Assembly: GCA_017467585.1 (NCBI GenBank)
Contig: JAFUSR010000004.1
Span: 600,620-664,619 of the forward strand
Direction: 5' to 3'
DNA: 64,000 nucleotides
Origin: Clostridia bacterium
Lineage (GTDB): Bacteria; Bacillota; Clostridia; Christensenellales; UBA1242
Under the pieces are notes generated by a model. The model made no database searches and was not told the DNA's origin. It was given only the letters and a program-made list of their open reading frames with translations. Below are positions 35,806 to 45,500 of the stretch, piece after piece (position 1 is the first letter of the stretch; the number at the start of each line of letters is the position of its first letter). Made by a program: the position numbers and the translations under genes.

Positions 35806-37134
35806 TTAAAATATGTCTCTTTCGTCTTTTGCTTTAAGGGTTATGCGAATTGGCGTTCCCGAAAAGTCAACCGCCTCGCGAATGCTATTTTCAAGATATC
35901 TCTTATAGTTGTCTGCCATAAGAGTTGTGTCGTTGACAAACAGAACAAATGTTGGTGGTGTTGTTCCTGTTTGTGTTGCATAAAATATCTTAAGTTTTTT
36001 TCCACCTTTGCCAGACGGACTGCTTATGGCATATGCATTTTGCAAAATGTCGTTAAGTGTTCCCGCTGTGATTTTTTTGTTGGCGTTTTTCCAAACCTCT
36101 TCAACAGTTTGCATAAGCTTTTCAATGCGCTTTCCGGTGAGAGCACTTAAATATACACTCTTAAAATAATCCATATATGCAAGGTCTGTGGCTAATTGCT
36201 TTTCAAACTTGTTTATGGTTGTGGTGTCTTTGTCTATCAAATCCCACTTGTTCATAACAACAACGCTTGGCTTAAGTTCTTCGTGAATCAGCCCTGCAAT
36301 TCTAACATCTTGCTCGCTGATTGGCTCGTTTGCGTCGATAACAAGAACCACAACGTCTGCACGGCGAATGCTGTCGATTGTTCTAAACACACTATAGCGC
36401 TCGGTGGTTTCGTCTTCAATTTTGCTCTTTCTGCGCAGCCCTGCTGTGTCGATAAGTGTATATTTTTGTTTGTTATAGTTAAACGGAATGTCAACGGCAT
36501 CTCTAGTTGTTCCCGCAACATCACTAACAATAACTCTATTTTCGCCAAGAAGCCTGTTAATTATGCTGCTCTTGCCTGCATTTGGCTTTCCAACAATTGC
36601 AACTTTAATTCCTTCGTCTGTTGGCTCTTTGCTGTTTTCTGGCAGAGCTTCCACAATCTTGTCTAAAAGGTCGCCCAAACCAGTTGCCTGCTCAGCAGAA
36701 ATTCCAATTGGGTCGCCAAGACCAAGGCTATAAAACTCATATAAGTCTTCTTCACGATAGTTATCGAGTTTGTTCACCACCAACAAAACAGGTTTGCTGG
36801 TTTTTCGAAGGCGTGCGGCAACATCTAAGTCGCTAGAAGTTAAGCCCTCTTTTCCATCAACAATAAACACAATAAGGTCTGCCATGTTAATTGCAATGTC
36901 TGCTTGCGCCAAAATGTGTTTGCTAAACTTGTCGTCACTCTTAAGTTCTATTCCACCCGTGTCGATAAGTGTAAAGTTGCGTCCACACCACTCACCATCA
37001 GCATAAATTCGGTCTCTTGTGACTCCCGGTTCGTCGTTCACAATAGAAATTCGCTTTCCAACAATTCGGTTGAAAAGCGTTGACTTGCCAACATTTGGTC
37101 TTCCAACAACTGCAACTAAAGGTAGCCTTGCCAT
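35806..37134 (-). CDS. der: Ribosome biogenesis GTPase Der/EngA
   Basis: Two G domains (GRPNVGKS, GKPNAGKS), KH-like C-terminus. Confidence 0.98.
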   Translation of the reverse strand: MARLPLVAVVGRPNVGKSTLFNRIVGKRISIVNDEPGVTRDRIYADGEWCGRNFTLIDTGGIELKSDDKFSKHILAQADIAINMADLIVFIVDGKEGLTSSDLDVAARLRKTSKPVLLVVNKLDNYREEDLYEFYSLGLGDPIGISAEQATGLGDLLDKIVEALPENSKEPTDEGIKVAIVGKPNAGKSSIINRLLGENRVIVSDVAGTTRDAVDIPFNYNKQKYTLIDTAGLRRKSKIEDETTERYSVFRTIDSIRRADVVVLVIDANEPISEQDVRIAGLIHEELKPSVVVMNKWDLIDKDTTTINKFEKQLATDLAYMDYFKSVYLSALTGKRIEKLMQTVEEVWKNANKKITAGTLNDILQNAYAISSPSGKGGKKLKIFYATQTGTTPPTFVLFVNDTTLMADNYKRYLENSIREAVDFSGTPIRITLKAKDERDIF

Positions 37135-37248
37135 AAAATTCTCCTAAACTTATAATTTATTATATAATAAAGCTCGCGGGCAAATCAACCACTTTTAAAC
37201 TCTTGATAAAAAATAAATAAAAAAAGTTACTGCTTTAGCAGTAAATAA

Positions 37249-37273
37249 GGGTGTTATGTCTGTCATAACACCC
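37249..37273. repeat. Dispersed palindrome copy, 10-bp arms
   Basis: GGGTGTTATG-TCTGT-CATAACACCC. Confidence 0.92.
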
Positions 37274-37288
37274 GAAAAACATTGTAAT

Positions 37289-39136
37289 TTAGCCCCTGGC
37301 TCTCTTTTTTGTGAACACTCCAGCAAACAGTTCGCTAAAAAATCTTGAGACTTTGTATCTTGCGTTTTTAGAAAAGATACAAGCTATTCCAACGCCCAAA
37401 ATTGCCGTTCCAATTAGCCCCAAAACAATCCACAGAGACGACCAACTTGCTCCACTTCCCTCGTTTGAAAGTCCGGCAATTACATTTGTTGTTCCGTCGC
37501 CGCTTTTAAGGCTTATATCTTGAAGGCTATAGGCGCTGGCATTTTGTGAGCCAAACAACACCACATCAATGGTTTTTGAAAGTGGCTCCGTGCTTGCAAT
37601 TGCAAGGTCTTTTTCGATGTTTTCTGACCCAAATTCAAAGAGCATTGCAAATGGCGAAAGTTGCTGATTGTAGTTGCCGCCACCCATGTAAATGTCTTTA
37701 ATTAAGTTTGGATAAGCTTTGTCTGCATATGCTTTTATGCTATAGGCAAATTTTTTGTTTTCTTCAAAATTTTGATTGCTAGAGCCTACAACCATTCTGA
37801 CTTTGCTCATCTCTTTTCCGTTGACCGTTGTTGCATACTCTTTTCTTGGGGTGCTATCTCTGTGAATATCAAAAATGGCTGTAACACCCTTGTCTAAAAG
37901 TTTTTTTGCAGTTGCTTGACTTCTAGTGTATGCACCACTATTGTGTGGCAAGTGCAGGCTTTCGTCGTATTCTGTTTCAATGCCAAGTGTTTGAAAGTTT
38001 TTGACGAGCTGTTTTCCTACATCATGAATTCCGCCCTTGCCATAGACACTGTCTGTTCCGTCGGGCGTAAAATAACTTTCGTCGTTGTGAGTGTGATAAA
38101 CGCCAACATATTTTTTAGATTTTGCATAGGCAACACTTTCAAGTTTGCTAACCCTTGTTATGTTATATTCTGGAAGTTCCTCGTCTTTTATATATTTGGC
38201 ATAGGCAGTTTTTGTTCCTTCGTTCACCCCAACAATTTCATAAAGTTTGTTATCTCCCGAAAGATAAAGGTCGCCATTTTCAACAATTCCACCCTTATAA
38301 AGTACAACATCTTCTTTGCTGTTATAGTCATAGATTGTGTAATAAGCCACAGTTTCTGCTGCATAGCTTACTTGGTTTGGATTAACACCCACAAATCCAA
38401 CAACTGCAAAACTTGCTGCAACAATTATTGCTATTGACGAAAGTTTTTGTTTGGTGTGAGTCTTTTTTTCTAACTTTCCGTTTTTCTCACTGTCGTAAGT
38501 GTGGGTGTCAAAATTAAATTCCTTTTTCTCTTCGTCTGGTTTTGCGGTGGTGAATGCTCTGCCAAAGAACTCAGCAAGCCCAACACTAATTAGTGCCGCA
38601 ATAACATAAGTTCCAAATGCTCCGCCAGTTCCAAGACCTAGCACTGTTGGTGTTCCCAAAAAGATGTTGACCAGCCACTGAACTGTTTGTGAAAGTGAAA
38701 TTCCAAGAATTGCCGAAACAAAGGCATTGCGCCTGCTGCGACCAAGCGTGTATGCCACAATTCCTGCCACTATGCCATATAAAAATGTGTTGTCAACAAC
38801 AATGTCCTCGGCACTTGCACTTGGCATAAGCCAATCAAGCCCATAGATAACGCCAGCAACAACAATCGTTCCAATTGTGGCGCGAAGCAAGTCTCTGCTC
38901 CAACCACAGCTCACGAGCAAATAGATGCACAGCATAAATGGAATAATGTAGCCGCCAATCGACACGGCGAAATATTCACCAATATGTATTGGTGGAATTG
39001 CAATTCCTATTGCAATTAGCAGCAAGATTATTATTGCCTGCTTGTCGTTCAGTCTGAGCCCATCTAAAATTCTTTGGCCAGCCCCCAGCATCAACAAAAT
39101 TATTATTGCAGTCAATATTCCTAAACTAATTGTCAT
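37289..39136 (-). CDS. spoIIP: DUF1614-like membrane domain fused to stage II sporulation amidase/endopeptidase SpoIIP, with a C-terminal TM
   Basis: N-terminal RILDGLRLND and GRSRRNAF (DUF1614-like); C-terminal YHTH.DESY, DIHRD, YNQ, FEFG (SpoIIP). Confidence 0.85.
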   Translation of the reverse strand: MTISLGILTAIIILLMLGAGQRILDGLRLNDKQAIIILLLIAIGIAIPPIHIGEYFAVSIGGYIIPFMLCIYLLVSCGWSRDLLRATIGTIVVAGVIYGLDWLMPSASAEDIVVDNTFLYGIVAGIVAYTLGRSRRNAFVSAILGISLSQTVQWLVNIFLGTPTVLGLGTGGAFGTYVIAALISVGLAEFFGRAFTTAKPDEEKKEFNFDTHTYDSEKNGKLEKKTHTKQKLSSIAIIVAASFAVVGFVGVNPNQVSYAAETVAYYTIYDYNSKEDVVLYKGGIVENGDLYLSGDNKLYEIVGVNEGTKTAYAKYIKDEELPEYNITRVSKLESVAYAKSKKYVGVYHTHNDESYFTPDGTDSVYGKGGIHDVGKQLVKNFQTLGIETEYDESLHLPHNSGAYTRSQATAKKLLDKGVTAIFDIHRDSTPRKEYATTVNGKEMSKVRMVVGSSNQNFEENKKFAYSIKAYADKAYPNLIKDIYMGGGNYNQQLSPFAMLFEFGSENIEKDLAIASTEPLSKTIDVVLFGSQNASAYSLQDISLKSGDGTTNVIAGLSNEGSGASWSSLWIVLGLIGTAILGVGIACIFSKNARYKVSRFFSELFAGVFTKKRARG

Positions 39137-39155
39137 AACTTTTCTCCTTTACGCT

Positions 39156-39184
39156 TAGTATCGGCAAAGTTTGACAAATTATGC
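39156..39184 (-). promoter_or_regulatory. Forespore sigma-F/sigma-G-type promoter for spoIIP
   Basis: GCATA-N17-GATACTA followed by an AAAGGAG RBS. Confidence 0.6.
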
Positions 39185-39218
39185 ACAAAAAAACAAGACT
39201 TCGAGCCTTGCTTTAAAT

Positions 39219-40049
39219 TTATTTTTGAGTTGTGTCAAGTTCAACAACTTTACCCTTTAAATATTCTAGCACTCCTTTTGGGTTTTCAAACACGAGTTTA
39301 TAAGAAACAAGTTGTTGCTTATGCTTTTTAAACTGGTTGTTCTGTTGTTTGTTGCCATATTTGTCGTCACCAACTAGCGCGTGACCAACATGAGCTAAAT
39401 GCGCACGAATTTGATGGGTTTTTCCAGTTTCTATTTCAACCTCTAAAAGCGAAGAAAGATTATTTGAACTTAAAACTCGATATTTTGTTATTATTTTTGA
39501 GTAACCTTCTTTGGGCGAATCAGAAACAAAAACTATCGACTTTGTCGCAACCTTTTTGAGATAGGCAACAAGGGTGTCGGCACGCCTAGGCATTTTTCCA
39601 ACAACCTCAGCCAAATAAAACTTTTTGATTGCGTGAGTTTTGAACATTTGCTCTAGTTCTTTTTTTGCTTCAAGGTTTTTTGCAAACACAACAAGTCCTG
39701 TTGTGTTTCTGTCTATTCTATGAACGGCAAAAACGCCCTTTCCCGCCCCAGCAAGCATTTTGTCTAGTGTTTGTTCGTCGCCGTCGCAAACCTCAACCCC
39801 TGCAGGCTTGTTTGCCACCAAAATGTTGCTGTCTTCAAACACAATCTCAACATTTTTTGTTTTTTCTTTAATTCCAAAAATTTCTAGTTTATCTCCTGAG
39901 CAAACCACTTGGTCATCGGAAACTCGCTTGCCATTGACTTTTATGTTTTTCTTTTTTATCAAAATTTTTGCTGCAGAATAAGACAAATGGAACTTTTCCA
40001 TTAAAAGTTTAGACAACTTTTGCTCTTTATCTACAATCAAAACTTCCAT
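39219..40049 (-). CDS. RluA-family pseudouridine synthase with an S4 domain
   Basis: HRIDRNTTG catalytic Asp, TGKTHQIRAHL, GHALVGDDKYG. Confidence 0.93.
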   Translation of the reverse strand: MEVLIVDKEQKLSKLLMEKFHLSYSAAKILIKKKNIKVNGKRVSDDQVVCSGDKLEIFGIKEKTKNVEIVFEDSNILVANKPAGVEVCDGDEQTLDKMLAGAGKGVFAVHRIDRNTTGLVVFAKNLEAKKELEQMFKTHAIKKFYLAEVVGKMPRRADTLVAYLKKVATKSIVFVSDSPKEGYSKIITKYRVLSSNNLSSLLEVEIETGKTHQIRAHLAHVGHALVGDDKYGNKQQNNQFKKHKQQLVSYKLVFENPKGVLEYLKGKVVELDTTQK

Positions 40050-41919
40050 AACACTTTTCCTTGCAGGTTTTGCATTTTTTGTTTCGAGTATATTTTATCA
40101 CGACAGCACCGCCGAGCGCAAGCACAATCAAAACAATAATGGCAGTAACAACGTTACTTGCTATGAGATAAAACACAAGGCTTGCCAAATAAGCAATTGC
40201 AATTTGATAAACAAACACAAAAAGCGCAAACTTTTTGCCAATTTCCTTACTCATTACACTGATGGCTGATAGACATGGCGAATACAAAAGCACAAACACC
40301 AAAAATGCAAGAGCAGACGCAGGCGAAAAGTGAACAACACTTTGTGGCATTGCAAGACTTGCAGCAAGAGCCGGAAGGCTTCCGACAACGCCGTTTATAA
40401 TTGCTAGCGACGAAACCACCATTTCTTTTGCGGATAATCCAACAATCAGGGCGACAACAGCACCCCAATTATTTAAGCCAATTGGTGCAAAAATTGGGCT
40501 GACAAAGTGTGCCACAGAATATAGAATTGAACTTTCAACCGTAGTCGCATATTTAAAGGTTATGGTTACGTTGGAAAGAAGCCAAACAACAACCGAGCAC
40601 AAAACTATTGTTGTTCCCACTCTTTTTATAAAATCTAAAGTGTTAGAGAGTGCGTTTTTGATTGTTTTGACAGGATTTTGAACTCTGATTGGTGGAATTT
40701 CCATAACAAACTGCGAATCTGTTTTGTTGATTGCTTTATATGCCACAAAACTAACAAACAAACCAAGGACAATTGAAAAAACATAAAGAGCAAAGATTAT
40801 TAGCACTTTAAATTTGTTGAAAAATGCCGAGCACACAAGCAAAAATATTGGAAGTTTTGCGTTGCAACTTGCAAATGGCAACACAAGTGCTGTTCGCTTT
40901 TTTACATCTATGCTCTCTAGCGTTCTTGTTGAGAGCATGGCAGAGGCCGTGCAACCATAGCCAAGCAAGATAGACATGACGCTCTTTCCAGAAAGACCTA
41001 TCTTTTTAAGTGGTCTGTCAAAGCAGATGGCAACCCTCGACAAATAGCCCATATCTTCGAGAAAATTTAAGCACAAATTCAAAATTATTACCTGTGGCAG
41101 AAAACTGACAACAACGCCTATTCCACCTATTATTCCGTTTGAGACAAGCGAGTGCGCCCACGGAGTTATGTTTAGTTTTATAAGAATTCCATTAACGTAA
41201 TCTGAAAAATAGTTAAACAGATTAGAAACAACACTGGTTAAGCACTCTCCCAGGTGACCAAAAGTTAAATAAAACACAAAAAGCGCAACTAGCATAAATA
41301 TTGGAAGTGCCCAATATTTGTTATAGAGCAGTTTGTCTAATTTTGAATAACCATAAATTTTTTCTCTGTAGCCTGAAGAAGACATAATTTCATCAATTTT
41401 GTTAAAAATTTGACCGCGAGAGCACACACAATCAAAATTTTCTCGCGGTTTTTTGCCTTCGGCAACTTTTTGCAAAATTGCTATTGCCCCGCTGCGCTTT
41501 CTTGCGTCTATTGGAACAACGGGAACTCCAAGTTTTCTTTGAATTTCAGCATAGTTTACACTTACTTCTTTTGACATGTTGACCGCAACAACAACACTAT
41601 AATTCTGTTTAATAAGTTCAATTGCAAGAAGCAAACTCCTTTTCATTGTGTTTGCATCAACCAAGCAAACAACAACGTCTGACTTGTGCTCTTCAAGATA
41701 GGTTGTGGCAACCTTTTCTTCTCCAGTGTAGGCAGTTAACGAATATATTCCAGGAAGATCAACAATTGTTCCCTCACTTTCGCCCAATTTAAAACTTGAG
41801 ATGCTTTTGTCGACAGTTATTCCATGCCAATTTCCAACATGGTTGTTCTTTTTTGTGATGGTGTTAAAAAGTGTTGTCTTGCCTGTGTTTGGGTTTCCAA
41901 CCAAAATTATGTTAGTCAC
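40027..41919 (-). CDS. feoB: Ferrous iron transporter B (GTG start)
   Basis: GNPNTGKTTLFN, DLPG, TM domain, Cys-rich tail CKTCKEKC. Confidence 0.95.
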   Translation of the reverse strand: MTNIILVGNPNTGKTTLFNTITKKNNHVGNWHGITVDKSISSFKLGESEGTIVDLPGIYSLTAYTGEEKVATTYLEEHKSDVVVCLVDANTMKRSLLLAIELIKQNYSVVVAVNMSKEVSVNYAEIQRKLGVPVVPIDARKRSGAIAILQKVAEGKKPRENFDCVCSRGQIFNKIDEIMSSSGYREKIYGYSKLDKLLYNKYWALPIFMLVALFVFYLTFGHLGECLTSVVSNLFNYFSDYVNGILIKLNITPWAHSLVSNGIIGGIGVVVSFLPQVIILNLCLNFLEDMGYLSRVAICFDRPLKKIGLSGKSVMSILLGYGCTASAMLSTRTLESIDVKKRTALVLPFASCNAKLPIFLLVCSAFFNKFKVLIIFALYVFSIVLGLFVSFVAYKAINKTDSQFVMEIPPIRVQNPVKTIKNALSNTLDFIKRVGTTIVLCSVVVWLLSNVTITFKYATTVESSILYSVAHFVSPIFAPIGLNNWGAVVALIVGLSAKEMVVSSLAIINGVVGSLPALAASLAMPQSVVHFSPASALAFLVFVLLYSPCLSAISVMSKEIGKKFALFVFVYQIAIAYLASLVFYLIASNVVTAIIVLIVLALGGAVVIKYTRNKKCKTCKEKCYGSFDCR

Positions 41920-42136
41920 AAACAACAATCCTCTTGCACGTTTTTTCGTCCAACCCAAGCAGTGCCCCACGAACACTGACCAGCATAACACCTTTAAAGC
42001 GTTTTACAACCAAAACCGTTTGCCCACAAACAAAGCCATATTCTTCTAGCCTCGAGGCAAGTTTTTTATCTTTTTCTAAAAGGCAGACAACTTTGGCTTG
42101 TTTTTGCTCTGATATCTCACTTAATAACTTTTCCAT
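41912..42136 (-). CDS. feoA: Ferrous iron transport protein A
   Basis: RLEEYGFVCG..V.VVKR, LVSVRG; stop overlaps the feoB start. Confidence 0.85.
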   Translation of the reverse strand: MEKLLSEISEQKQAKVVCLLEKDKKLASRLEEYGFVCGQTVLVVKRFKGVMLVSVRGALLGLDEKTCKRIVVCD

Positions 42137-42176
42137 CAATAACAAGTTTATTTACATTCATCAAAATAAATTACAC

Positions 42177-42206
42177 AAAAAAAACATGCCCTAAAGCATG
42201 TTTTTT
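42177..42206. terminator. Intrinsic terminator after nrdR
   Basis: AAAACATGC-CCTAAA-GCATGTTTT. Confidence 0.75.
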
Positions 42207-42216
42207 GTGTTACCTG

Positions 42217-42696
42217 TTATTTTCTGTCAGTTGGCTTGATATCGAGTTTCTTTTCAAAGTCATTAATAAAATCAAAAAATGTTGAAATGTCTTTGAATTG
42301 CTTATATACACTCGCAAAACGCACATAACTTACTTCGTCGAGTTCTTTAAGACCCTCCATAACATATTCTCCAATAATTTGAGTTGAAACCTCTTCTTCG
42401 AGCTTGTTATAAACCTTTTTTTCTATTTCATTAACAAGTTCGTCAATTTGTTTCATTGTTACAGGGCGCTTTTCGCAAGCACGAACAATTCCGCGTTTTA
42501 CTTTTGTTATGTCGAAAAGTTCTCTTTCTCCATTTCTCTTAACCACCATAACTGGCGTCGTTTCAATTGTTTCGTAGGTGGTAAAACGCTTTCCACACCC
42601 CAAACACTCCCTGCGTCTGCGAATGGCGTTTGTTTCTTCAACAGCACGGCTGTCAATAACCTTGCTGTCTTCATCACCACAATAAATACACTTCAT
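42217..42696 (-). CDS. nrdR: Ribonucleotide reductase repressor NrdR
   Basis: MKCIYC...RRRRECLGCGKRFTTYE, ATP cone, YVRFASVY. Confidence 0.98.
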   Translation of the reverse strand: MKCIYCGDEDSKVIDSRAVEETNAIRRRRECLGCGKRFTTYETIETTPVMVVKRNGERELFDITKVKRGIVRACEKRPVTMKQIDELVNEIEKKVYNKLEEEVSTQIIGEYVMEGLKELDEVSYVRFASVYKQFKDISTFFDFINDFEKKLDIKPTDRK

Positions 42697-42701
42697 AATT
42701 T

Positions 42702-42756
42702 TCTCCAAATGTTGTATTACGCCACACATTATACTACAAAATATAGTGCTTAGCAA
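42702..42756 (-). promoter_or_regulatory. nrdR sigma-A promoter overlapped by tandem NrdR-box-like sites
   Basis: TTGCTA-N17-TATAAT; box 1 CACTATATTTTGTAG fills the spacer; a weaker box 2 lies 32 bp away over the RBS. Confidence 0.7.
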
Positions 42757-42765
42757 CTGCTTTTG

Positions 42766-43080
42766 TTAACTTTCTTTTTTTACACTTCTTCTAAATTTTA
42801 AATATGGCGCAAGTGGCGACTGTTTTTGTTCTTGTTTTTCTGGTTTTGGCTCTGGCCCGAGACGAACCAGAAGAACATCTTCACCTATTTTTTTGATATT
42901 GTCAATAGCAATAAAAATGTCTTCGCTTTTATGCATGAATTTTTTGATTCCTGGAACAACAACACCAAGAACCTTTCCTGTTGGAACTTCAAAAGTTATG
43001 TCAATTATGTGCCCCAATCTCTTGCCGTCAAAAATGTTAATTACTTCTTTGTTTTTTAGATCTACAAAACTTATTTCCAT
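42766..43080 (-). CDS. YlmC/YmxH family sporulation PRC-barrel protein
   Basis: DLKNKEVINIFDGKRLGHIID, IKKIGEDVLLV. Confidence 0.92.
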   Translation of the reverse strand: MEISFVDLKNKEVINIFDGKRLGHIIDITFEVPTGKVLGVVVPGIKKFMHKSEDIFIAIDNIKKIGEDVLLVRLGPEPKPEKQEQKQSPLAPYLKFRRSVKKES

Positions 43081-43176
43081 AGTTTAAATATATGAGGCCG
43101 CCAGCAAAAAATGAACCATTAAGTTTGTATAAAAACCGCAATTTTTCACAACAATACTATTTTAAGGAGGTGGAAA

Positions 43177-43941
43177 ATGAGCAAGGTGGTGATTTGTGGA
43201 ATTGATACAAGTTCACTCCCAAAGTGCACAAACGAAAAATCTAACGAACTTATGGATCAGATAAAAAAAGGAAAACCTGGGGCTAAAGAAGAATTTATAA
43301 TGCTTAACATGCGGCTTGTTCTCTCAATTATTAAGCGCTTTAACATTAGCGAAAACAACTCAGACGACGTTTTTCAGGTTGGCATGATTGGACTTATTAA
43401 AAGCATCGATAACTTTGACACTTCGCTTGGAGTTAAGTTCTCAACCTATGCTGTTCCCATGATAATTGGCGAAATCAGAAGATATATTCGAGATAACAAC
43501 GCGGTTAAAGTATCACGAAGGCTTCGCGACATTGCCTATCAGGCCATGCAGGCAAAACAGCAGCTTTTGAAAACTTGTGCTAGCGACCCCACCATTGACC
43601 AAATTGCACAGGCTTTAGAAGTTCCTGTTCGCGACGTGGCTTTTGCACTAGACGCCATAAGCGAGCCAGTTAGCCTTTATGAGCAGGTTTATGGTGACGA
43701 CAACGAAAACATGCTTGTTATGGACCAAATTAAAGACCTGCAAACAGAAAATAACATGCTCGAACAAACCGCGCTTAAAGAAGCATTAGACAGCCTTGAC
43801 GAACGTGAAAAACAAATTTTGATGCTGCGTTATTTCGATGGAAAAACACAAACAGAAATTTCTGAAGAAATTGGCATTAGTCAAGCACAGGTTTCCAGAC
43901 TCGAAAAAGACGCCATAAGTCTTGTTAAAAAGATGATTTAA
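43177..43941 (+). CDS. sigG: Forespore sigma factor G
   Basis: KVVICGIDTSSLP N-terminus typical of SigG, DDVFQVG.IGLIKSIDNFD, FSTYAVPMIIGEIRRY. Confidence 0.93.
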   Translation: MSKVVICGIDTSSLPKCTNEKSNELMDQIKKGKPGAKEEFIMLNMRLVLSIIKRFNISENNSDDVFQVGMIGLIKSIDNFDTSLGVKFSTYAVPMIIGEIRRYIRDNNAVKVSRRLRDIAYQAMQAKQQLLKTCASDPTIDQIAQALEVPVRDVAFALDAISEPVSLYEQVYGDDNENMLVMDQIKDLQTENNMLEQTALKEALDSLDEREKQILMLRYFDGKTQTEISEEIGISQAQVSRLEKDAISLVKKMI

Positions 43942-43968
43942 AGCAACCCCCAAAGGGGTTGCTTTTTT
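43940..43968. terminator. Bidirectional terminator between convergent sigG and sigE
   Basis: AAGCAACCCC-CAAA-GGGGTTGCTT. Confidence 0.85.
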
Positions 43969-44669
43969 TACGCCAGTTTTAAAATTTCTTTTTTGAGTTT
44001 AAACAGAATTTTCTTTTCTATTCGGCTGATATAACTTTGCGAAATGTTGAGTTTGTCGGCCACCTCTTTTTGTGTCATCTCCTTTCCGCTATAAAACCCA
44101 TAGCGCATGTTCATTATTTCTCTTTCTCTGTCTGGAAGCCCAAGCAAAACCTCGTGAAGCGTTGATGTTTCGTCCTCTTGCTCTATGCCATTCATAACGT
44201 AATCTTTGTCGGTGCCAAGAACGTCGGCAATTGAAAGTTCGTTGCCCTCACTGTCGGTGTTCAGTGGTTCATCTAGGCTGACTTCACGTTTGGTTTTGCT
44301 GACTTTACGCAAATACATTAAAATTTCATTTTCAATGCATCTAGAAGCATAAGTTGCAATCTTTATGTTTTTGTCGCCCTTAAAACTGCCAACGGCCTTA
44401 ATTAGGCCAATTGTGCCAACACTGATTAGGTCTTCGGTGTTAACCCCAGTGTTTTCAAACTTTTGGGCAGTGTAAACAACAAGGCGCAAGTTGCGTTCAA
44501 TTAATTCTTGTTTGGCCTCGTCGCTTCCAACCGACAGTGCCTCAACCAAAAATTTTTCTCGAGCAAGTGTTGGCTTTTCTGGCAAAACCTCGTCGCCAGA
44601 CACAATATAATTTACTGTTTCTTCTTTGATTTTTTTAAAAAATTTCTTTAACAATTCAAACATATTCAT
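43968..44669 (-). CDS. sigE: Pro-sigma E
   Basis: Basic amphipathic pro-sequence, YIVSG...LP, EDLISVGTIGLIKA, ATYASRCIENEILMYLR; follows spoIIGA. Confidence 0.95.
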   Translation of the reverse strand: MNMFELLKKFFKKIKEETVNYIVSGDEVLPEKPTLAREKFLVEALSVGSDEAKQELIERNLRLVVYTAQKFENTGVNTEDLISVGTIGLIKAVGSFKGDKNIKIATYASRCIENEILMYLRKVSKTKREVSLDEPLNTDSEGNELSIADVLGTDKDYVMNGIEQEDETSTLHEVLLGLPDREREIMNMRYGFYSGKEMTQKEVADKLNISQSYISRIEKKILFKLKKEILKLA

Positions 44670-44684
44670 TTCTCCCCACTAAAA

Positions 44685-45500
44685 TCAAAAGCAGCTGGCA
44701 TTTAAAAGTGCGTCGTGACTTTTAATTGTGCTGTCTGTGCAAATTCCAACAAAACAATCTATCGGCCTGCCTGAGACCAAAAATTGGCTTGGTTTGAATA
44801 CAGTTATAAAGTTTGTGCCAGATATTGTTATGTATTTAATCTTGTGAATTTTTTCGAGTTTTCCACACGAATTTGTTGCAAGAACTATGTCGGCATATAC
44901 ATTGGTTGGCAAATGCGTTTTAACCGCCGACAAATTTACTATCACAACGCCCTTGTTGCTTTCTGGGTCAACCAGTTTGTTGCCCGTGTCGATAAACCCA
45001 GTTATGGCGATTTTGCTGTCACCAATTTCAAGGGTGCAATCTCTTGTGAGAAGAAAATCTCTTTTTAAACTGAAATAATCAACAAGCAAATGTGAAATTG
45101 AATATGCAACAATGCCAAGCGATGCTTGGAGCAATAAATAGCGATTGCTGATGTAATTTATGGCGGTTTGATGAGTAACGACACTTAGCACAAACTGTCC
45201 GCCCAAAACCAGCACCAAAAAAGCAAAATAAACTGCGCCAAATTTAATTAATTTTGAAATGTGATTAAGGCCAAACACAATTATTAGCCCACTTAGTGAG
45301 CTGAAAAAGACAACGAGCATCTCAGCAACAAGGTTGGTTTTGAAATAATCTAGCAAAAACTTGATTGTTGTTTGAACCAAACAAAACAAGCAAATTTTGA
45401 TTAAACCTGCCTTGCCTTTAAAAACTTTTTTGCAAACAAAAATCGCAAGCATGTTCAACACAAAATTACACACTAGATATAATTCTAAAAATGTTGGCAT
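44685..45500 (-). CDS. spoIIGA: Sigma-E processing peptidase SpoIIGA
   Basis: N-terminal TMs, GFIDTGNKLVDP aspartic protease motif. Confidence 0.9.
   Translation of the reverse strand: MPTFLELYLVCNFVLNMLAIFVCKKVFKGKAGLIKICLFCLVQTTIKFLLDYFKTNLVAEMLVVFFSSLSGLIIVFGLNHISKLIKFGAVYFAFLVLVLGGQFVLSVVTHQTAINYISNRYLLLQASLGIVAYSISHLLVDYFSLKRDFLLTRDCTLEIGDSKIAITGFIDTGNKLVDPESNKGVVIVNLSAVKTHLPTNVYADIVLATNSCGKLEKIHKIKYITISGTNFITVFKPSQFLVSGRPIDCFVGICTDSTIKSHDALLNASCF

Noticed and set aside
37249-37273. Palindrome as a dif/Xer site or a TnrA/GlnR box
   Set aside because: dif has CATAA-N6-TTATG, the opposite arm orientation; TnrA/GlnR is TGTNA-N7-TNACA whereas this is N9
43127-43159. Sigma-F/G promoter for sigG (GTATA...AATACTA)
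   Set aside because: Spacing is 21 bp against the expected ~17-18, so it was not called
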